Shown here piece by piece: positions 33,420 to 39,033 of a stretch of DNA of 39,033 bases. Numbering within the stretch: position 1 is the first letter of the stretch; each line of letters opens with the position of its first letter. The notes beneath the pieces are model-generated. The model searched no databases. It was given only the letters and a program-made list of their open reading frames with translations, and was not told where the DNA came from. The translations under genes were made by a program, and so were the position numbers. The stretch is taken from assembly GCA_001513495.1 (NCBI GenBank), contig LFTN01000135.1, positions 16,454-55,486 of the forward strand, written 5' to 3'. Source of the DNA: Clostridiales bacterium DTU087 (GTDB lineage Bacteria; Bacillota; Limnochordia; DTU087).

Positions 33420-34373
33420 GTGTCCATCAGACACAATTATAAGAAGCTGAAGATATTTACAGGGACTGCCAACCCAAAACTAGCCCAGGATATTGCCCGT
33501 TATCTGGGCACAACGGTAGGACGTTCTGAGGTAAAGCGGTTTAGAGATGGCGAAATTAACATCCGCATTGGCGAGACAGTGCGGGGCGCCGATGTGTTTG
33601 TCGTTCAGCCCACAAGTGCTCCCACCGATACGCATTTGGTTGAGCTGTTGATTATGATTGATGCTTTCAAGCGCGCTTCAGCTAAAGAGATAGCAGCTGT
33701 CATTCCGTATTACGGGTATGCCCGGCAGGACCGCAAGACGCAGCCTAGAGATCCCATCAGTGCTAAGCTGGTTGCTAACCTGCTGACCGCCGCCGGCGCT
33801 GATCGGGTATTGACCATGGATTTACATGCAGGCCAGATTCAGGGCTTCTTTGATATTCCGGTGGATAACTTGCGGGCGATGCCTATCTTGGCTAATTACT
33901 TCTTGGAAAAGCAGCTGGAAGACGTGGTTGTAGTATCCCCAGATGTCGGCGGAGTTTCCCGGGCCCGGGAGTTTGCCAACCGCTTGGATTGCGGCTTAGC
34001 CATTGTTGATAAGAGGCGGCCGGAGCCCAACATGGCCGAGGCTGTCAATGTGATTGGAGACATCGAAGGGAGAACGGCAATCATAGTCGATGACATAATC
34101 GATACAGCCGGAAGCATGGTGGAGGCAGTCAGGGTGCTCATTGATCGGGGTGCCAAAGAAGTCTATGCCTGCTGCAGCCATCCGGTGCTTTCACCGCCTG
34201 CTACTGAGCGCTTAGCAGCATCCCCGGTGAAGGAAGTGGTAGTCACCAACAGTATCCCCCTCTCGCCGGAGAAGCAGCTGGACAAGATCAAGGTGCTGTC
34301 TGTTGCGCCCTTGTTCGGGGAAGCCATCAGGCGTATCTTTGAGGAACTGCCGGTAAGCAAGCTCTTTGACTAG
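33420..34373 (+). CDS. prs: Ribose-phosphate pyrophosphokinase
   Basis: FRDGEI, PYYGYARQDRK, DLHAGQIQGFF, VSPDVGG, IVDDIIDTAGS. Confidence 0.97.
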   Translation: MSIRHNYKKLKIFTGTANPKLAQDIARYLGTTVGRSEVKRFRDGEINIRIGETVRGADVFVVQPTSAPTDTHLVELLIMIDAFKRASAKEIAAVIPYYGYARQDRKTQPRDPISAKLVANLLTAAGADRVLTMDLHAGQIQGFFDIPVDNLRAMPILANYFLEKQLEDVVVVSPDVGGVSRAREFANRLDCGLAIVDKRRPEPNMAEAVNVIGDIEGRTAIIVDDIIDTAGSMVEAVRVLIDRGAKEVYACCSHPVLSPPATERLAASPVKEVVVTNSIPLSPEKQLDKIKVLSVAPLFGEAIRRIFEELPVSKLFD

Positions 34374-34406
34374 GTCTGGCGGTACCTATCGGCAGGTGAG
34401 GGTTAT

Positions 34407-34436
34407 TTGACCAGCCTGTCTGCCCAGTGGTATAAT
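34407..34436 (+). promoter_or_regulatory. sigmaA promoter of rplY
   Basis: TTGACC, 18 bp, TATAAT with extended -10 TG. Confidence 0.75.
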
Positions 34437-34504
34437 ATTAGGGCCCTTGAAGAGCCTAGGATAAGAAGTCTGTATCGCGCTGATAATGTGAGGAGGACAA
34501 GACT

Positions 34505-35155
34505 ATGCGACAATTCCAGTTGGCTGCCGAAATCCGTCGGGAGACGGGTAAAGGCGTCAACAATCGATTGCGCCGGTCAGGATATATTCCTGCGGTTGTT
34601 TATGGTTCGGGTAAAGAAAATGTCAATGTGCAAGTAGAAGAAAGGCTTGTTGGCCGTCTCATGCGGCAGGGCGGGTTGAACCGGCTGCTGACCCTCCAGA
34701 TAGATGGACAGGACAAGGCTGTCCTGGTGCAGGAGGTTCAGGTACATCCAGTCCGGGGCAGTCTGCAGCACATTGACTTTCTTGAGGTTCGCTTGGACGA
34801 GAAGGTTACCGTGACTGTACCGATCCAGATAGTGGGAGATGCTCCAGGTGTCCAGGAAGGCGGTGTTCTAACTCAGTCGTTATGGGAGTTGGAAGTATCC
34901 TGTCTGCCGACAGACATTCCAGATGCTCTAGAGATTGACATCTCCGGACTAGCCATCGGTGATACACTCTTGGTTAAGGATATTCAGGCTCAAGAGGGTG
35001 TCGAGATTACAGCGGATCCCGAAGAGACGGTATTGTCCATTGCGGTTCCACAGGCAGTGGTGGATGAGGCCGACGAAGCAGTTGAAGGCGAGGCTGCCGG
35101 CGAAGGTGCGGACGAGGGTGCTCAGCAAGCTGGTGCAGAAGAGCCGGCGGAGTAG
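34505..35155 (+). CDS. rplY: 50S ribosomal protein L25 / general stress protein Ctc (long form)
   Basis: RLRRSGYIPAVVYG, EVQVHPV...HIDF, C-terminal beta domain and acidic tail; lies between prs and pth. Confidence 0.95.
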   Translation: MRQFQLAAEIRRETGKGVNNRLRRSGYIPAVVYGSGKENVNVQVEERLVGRLMRQGGLNRLLTLQIDGQDKAVLVQEVQVHPVRGSLQHIDFLEVRLDEKVTVTVPIQIVGDAPGVQEGGVLTQSLWELEVSCLPTDIPDALEIDISGLAIGDTLLVKDIQAQEGVEITADPEETVLSIAVPQAVVDEADEAVEGEAAGEGADEGAQQAGAEEPAE

Positions 35156-35226
35156 TGTTGCCGCTCATGGTGGGTTGGCTGCCCAAAGAAATGGGGGCCA
35201 AACCCGCGAAGCTTATCTCTTTGGTT

Positions 35227-35264
35227 AAATGCGTGGCGAGTTACAGGCTGCGCATTTTTACTTT
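35227..35264 (+). terminator. Probable terminator after rplY
   Basis: AAATGCGTGGC / GCTGCGCATTT stem followed by TTACTTT. Confidence 0.55.
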
Positions 35265-35318
35265 GCAGGACCTTGGTATGTAGGGAGGTAGAGGGGCCGC
35301 TAGTGCGGCCGTCAAGCC

Positions 35319-35897
35319 ATGAAGGCTATAATCGGATTGGGGAATCCAGGTGACCGCTATGCCGCCAATCGTCATAATCTGGGCTTTATGGCGGCAGATC
35401 GGCTGGCTGACCGCTGGAAGGCGCCGAAGTGGGGTCACCGCCATCAGGCACAGGTAACCAGCATTTCTCTGCCTGAAGGGCAGATACTATTGGCCAAGCC
35501 GCAGACATATATGAATAACAGTGGTACTGCCGTGAGAAAGATCTTAGATAGTTACGGCATAGCACCCCAGGATCTGTTGATTATCTATGATGACTTGGAT
35601 CTGGAGATTGGGCAGCTGCGGCTGCGCCGCACAGGGACTGCCGGCGGCCATCGGGGAGTCAGTTCGGTCATATCCTGTCTGGAAACACAGGATTTTCACC
35701 GCTTGCGGTTGGGGATCGGCAAACCTCCTCCAGGAGTGACAGTTGTCGATTATGTGCTAAGCGATTTTTCCAACCAGCAGTGGGAGACAATCAACAAAGT
35801 AATCGCCAGCGCCTGCGAAGCTGCTGCTGTTTGGGTGAAGGACGGCATCGATGATGCCATGGCCCGTTTCAATGGGATGCATCTAAAGGAAGGCTGA
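35319..35897 (+). CDS. pth: Peptidyl-tRNA hydrolase
   Basis: IGLGNPG...RHNLGF, KPQTYMNNSG, IYDDLDL, GGHRG, RLRLGIG. Confidence 0.97.
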   Translation: MKAIIGLGNPGDRYAANRHNLGFMAADRLADRWKAPKWGHRHQAQVTSISLPEGQILLAKPQTYMNNSGTAVRKILDSYGIAPQDLLIIYDDLDLEIGQLRLRRTGTAGGHRGVSSVISCLETQDFHRLRLGIGKPPPGVTVVDYVLSDFSNQQWETINKVIASACEAAAVWVKDGIDDAMARFNGMHLKEG

Positions 35898-36005
35898 GCC
35901 AATGCATAAATCTGCAGGTACTGGCCTACCTTAGTATATGAACTGTAGAGAGCTTGTACGGGGGACTGGCGCCCTTGATTGGCATGGAGTATATGATTAG
36001 ATAAT

Positions 36006-36413
36006 ATGGGATATATGCTTAAGGCACTGGCTGTCGCGGGAGCCGCCGCGCTCTTTGCGCTTAGGGTCAACCGCATCCTGGCGGCTGGATTTGGCGAAGT
36101 GGCTGTGAGGCTGCTGATTCCCGTAGTAGAAGAGGGGCTCAAAACGGGGTCGGCTCTTCTCTTTGGCTTGTCGGTGCCGGTTGTCCACATCGGCTTCGGC
36201 CTCTATGAAGCTGGATACGACTTGCTTGCCAATCCAGGTGTGGGCCGTACCAGACGCTGGCTGGCGGCTTTCTTGGCCATTATTGGGCATGGGATTTTTG
36301 GCTGGTTGACCTGGTGGCTGCTGTGGAGTAAGGGGAGCGCCATCCTGGCCCTTGCGCTGGCGTGTACAGTGCACTGCTTGTGGAACGCGACAGTACTAGG
36401 TATAAAGCGGTGA
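36006..36413 (+). CDS. Small membrane protein with PrsW-type glutamic intramembrane protease motifs
   Basis: EExxK (VVEEGLK), FxxxE (FGLYE), H (IGHGIF), HxxxN (HCLWN) in a hydrophobic 135-aa ORF. Confidence 0.65.
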   Translation: MGYMLKALAVAGAAALFALRVNRILAAGFGEVAVRLLIPVVEEGLKTGSALLFGLSVPVVHIGFGLYEAGYDLLANPGVGRTRRWLAAFLAIIGHGIFGWLTWWLLWSKGSAILALALACTVHCLWNATVLGIKR

Positions 36414-36522
36414 TGGGAGGCTTTAAGGCATCTTCCGGGTTATTTGCCGCGCTTTGAATTACTCCAGGCTTCCTGGCGGCGGGAGGCTTTGAGGCTTCTA
36501 TGATTGGTGGGAGGGGACAGAT

Positions 36523-39033
36523 TTGGGTATGCACGGGCTTCTACGCACTATTACACAATCGGAGGATTTTAGCCAGCTAGTGTCCGGATTGCGGCGGGGA
36601 CTGGCAGAACAGGCAGTGATTGGATTGGCCGGTTCTCAAAAAGCCGCCTATGTCGCCGGGCTTTATGCGGAAATCAAAGGCAGTTCTCAGCTGCAGAAGG
36701 GCCCGCTGTATGTAATTACTTATACTGTCTATCAAGCTGAGCAGCTCCATGCAGACCTGATGTCCTTTGTGCCCCGGGAGGATCTTTTTTTCTTCCCTGC
36801 CCAGGAAGTGTTTGTATACGAGGAAGTTACCCGCAATCTTGATATTCTTCGGGATCGGCTTCTAGCCTATAGGGCTATCATGGAAAGAGGCACTCCTGTT
36901 CTGATCGCTCCCATTCAAGCTTTGGCGGAGAGACTGATTCCGCCGGAGGTTTTCTTATCTGCCAGCTTTACCATCGATATGGAAACCCGGGTCCGCCTGG
37001 AAGAGCTGGCTGTTGAGCTGGTCAACATGGGATACCAGCGCGTGGATTTGGTGGAGGCTCCAGCTCAGTTCAGCATCCGGGGAGGCATTGTGGATATCTA
37101 CCCTCTGACCGAAGAGCTGCCTGTGAGGGTGGAGCTTTTTGACGACGAAGTTGATTCCATCCGCAGATTTGACCCTGAGACGCAGCGCTCCACAGAAAAC
37201 ATTCCCGGTTTCAAAGTCGTGCCTGCCAGTGAGTTCATTCTTCCGGAATCAGTGCGGGAGCAGGGTATCGCCGCTTTGCGGCAGCAGGCTGATTTGCAGA
37301 TCAGGCGGCTGGAGCGTGCCCGCAATACTCAAGGGGCGTCGGCATTGGAGGAGAGATTGGCAGCCCACCTAGAGAAGTTTGAGGAAAGGGCTGCTTTCGA
37401 AGGGATGGAGCAGTACAAGCCCTATTTTTACACCAATCTAGTCTCTCTGCTGGATTATGCCGATGGAGGCTATGTGATCTTTGACGAGCCGTCCCGTACC
37501 AGCGAACACCTCCGGTCATTCCTCAATGACTTCCAGGAGTCTTACAAGGGGCTCCTGGAGAAGGGCCGCCTGCTGCCCGGCATTGCCGACAACTACCATG
37601 ACTGGCCAAGTATTCTTAACGCCGCCCGCCGCCATCATCTTCTGTATTTGGCGGCCCTTTCCAAGAGGGCTCCAGGAATGAGCCCGCTGCAAACCATCAA
37701 TGTCTATGCTAGGCCGCCGGAGTCATTCCACGGCCAACTGGAGCGTCTGGCATCAAGCATCCGGGGGTGGCACCAGGAAGGCTGCGGCGTGGTCATGGTA
37801 GTGTCTACCGAGGAACGGGCCCATCGTTTGGTTGAAGTGCTTAAGGACTATGATATAGTCAGTATTTTCGTGCCGGAGATAACGACAGAGCTGATTGCCG
37901 GCAATGTACTGGTAAGCACCGGCACTCTGGAAGCCGGGTTTGAACTGCCCCTAAACAGGCTGGTGGTGCTTACAGAGAATGAGATCTACGGACGGTCTCG
38001 GCGGACACGGCGCAGCCGCAGCATCGAAGGCGGAGTCCGCATCACCGATTACAGCGCCCTGCGGGAAGGAGATTATGTAGTCCACATAAATCACGGCATC
38101 GGCCGCTATCTGGGAGTCCAGACTCTGCAGGCAGCCGGTATTCATAAAGACTATTTAGTGGTGCAGTATGCCGATGCCGATAAGCTCTATGTGCCCATCG
38201 ACCAAGTGGGGCTCCTGCAGAAGTATGTCGGCTCAGAAGACGGCCCGCCGAAAATCTACAAGCTCGGCGGCGGTGAGTGGGCTCGGGTGAAAAAGCGAGT
38301 CAAGGAATCTGTCCAGGAGCTGGCAGAGGGCTTGCTGCGGCTCTATGCTGAGCGGCAGACCGTCCAGGGATACCAGTTTTCAACAGACACTGTGTGGCAG
38401 GCAGAGTTTGAAGAAGCCTTTCCCTATGAACCGACCCCTGATCAGGTCCGGGCCATTGAGGATGTGAAGCGGGACATGGAGGCTCCCAAGCCGATGGATC
38501 GGCTGCTGTGCGGCGATGTAGGATATGGGAAAACAGAAGTTGCCGTCAGGGCAGCCTTCAAAGCAATCATGGACGGCAAACAGGTTGCTGTCTTAGTGCC
38601 GACTACCATCCTGGCGCAGCAGCACTACCGCACTTTTGTCGAGAGGTTTGAGGGGTATCCGGCCATTATTCACGTACTCAGCCGCTTTCAGTCGCCTGCC
38701 GAACAAGCGGCGTCCCTGGAACAGTTGAAGTTAGGAAAAGTTGACATTGTCATTGGAACACACCGTCTGCTGTCCAAAGATGTGGTGTTCAAGGATTTGG
38801 GTTTGGTGGTTGTCGATGAGGAACAGCGCTTCGGAGTAGCACAGAAGGAACGCCTGAAGCAGCTGAGAAAATCGGTGGATGTCTTGACTCTGACGGCAAC
38901 TCCCATCCCCCGGACGCTCCACATGTCTTTAGTTGGCGTAAGGGATATGAGCCTGATCGAGACTCCCCCGGAAAACCGCTTTCCCATTAGGACGTATGTC
39001 ATCGAATACAATGATGAGGTGATCCGGGAGGCA
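36523..39033 (+). CDS. mfd: Transcription-repair coupling factor, 3'-truncated by window edge
   Basis: Reading frame 1 from TTG 36523 / ATG 36529 (GGAGGGG RBS) to the window end, checked at several points: FSIRGGIVDIYP, GDYVVHINHGIGRY, DRLLCGDVGYGKTEVA, VVDEEQRFGV, LTATPIPRTLHMS. Confidence 0.97.
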   Translation, partial: MGMHGLLRTITQSEDFSQLVSGLRRGLAEQAVIGLAGSQKAAYVAGLYAEIKGSSQLQKGPLYVITYTVYQAEQLHADLMSFVPREDLFFFPAQEVFVYEEVTRNLDILRDRLLAYRAIMERGTPVLIAPIQALAERLIPPEVFLSASFTIDMETRVRLEELAVELVNMGYQRVDLVEAPAQFSIRGGIVDIYPLTEELPVRVELFDDEVDSIRRFDPETQRSTENIPGFKVVPASEFILPESVREQGIAALRQQADLQIRRLERARNTQGASALEERLAAHLEKFEERAAFEGMEQYKPYFYTNLVSLLDYADGGYVIFDEPSRTSEHLRSFLNDFQESYKGLLEKGRLLPGIADNYHDWPSILNAARRHHLLYLAALSKRAPGMSPLQTINVYARPPESFHGQLERLASSIRGWHQEGCGVVMVVSTEERAHRLVEVLKDYDIVSIFVPEITTELIAGNVLVSTGTLEAGFELPLNRLVVLTENEIYGRSRRTRRSRSIEGGVRITDYSALREGDYVVHINHGIGRYLGVQTLQAAGIHKDYLVVQYADADKLYVPIDQVGLLQKYVGSEDGPPKIYKLGGGEWARVKKRVKESVQELAEGLLRLYAERQTVQGYQFSTDTVWQAEFEEAFPYEPTPDQVRAIEDVKRDMEAPKPMDRLLCGDVGYGKTEVAVRAAFKAIMDGKQVAVLVPTTILAQQHYRTFVERFEGYPAIIHVLSRFQSPAEQAASLEQLKLGKVDIVIGTHRLLSKDVVFKDLGLVVVDEEQRFGVAQKERLKQLRKSVDVLTLTATPIPRTLHMSLVGVRDMSLIETPPENRFPIRTYVIEYNDEVIREA

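Noticed and set aside
1-39033. CRISPR arrays, tRNA/rRNA genes, IS elements, defence systems
   Set aside because: No regularly spaced repeats, cloverleafs, transposase motifs or recognisable defence genes; intergenic gaps are all short

Overview
Core chromosomal segment of an endospore-forming Bacillota (Firmicutes) bacterium with moderately high GC; the taxon is inferred from gene content only. Almost all genes are on the + strand. Order: gcvPA(partial)-gcvPB-pheA-mscS-DUF951-ychF-rpsF-ssb-rpsR-MazG-like-yybS-rplI-lonC-aroE, a divergent two-gene hypothetical operon, ddl-small membrane protein-ABC-F, a DnaD-domain/DnaB-helicase/small acidic protein trio, yabE-rsmA-YkuK-amidase-veg-GH18-like-SipL-Myb-like regulator-D,D-carboxypeptidase-ispE-GntR-NTP transferase-SASP-glmU-prs-rplY-pth-PrsW-like-mfd (partial; absent from the ORF track because it has no stop codon in the window). 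I saw no rRNA, tRNA, CRISPR array, transposase or integrase. Most noteworthy: (i) a divergent replicative helicase overlapping a DnaD-domain gene instead of sitting behind rplI/lonC; (ii) a sporulation cluster around veg with two apparently catalytically dead cell-wall hydrolases and a tandem-Myb regulator, each with a sporulation sigma-type promoter; (iii) a minimal 135-aa PrsW-type protease where B. subtilis has fin; (iv) an uncharacterised operon with a sigmaH-type promoter overlapping a Spo0A box. All product, promoter and RNA-structure calls were made by eye from motifs; no searches or folding programs were run.
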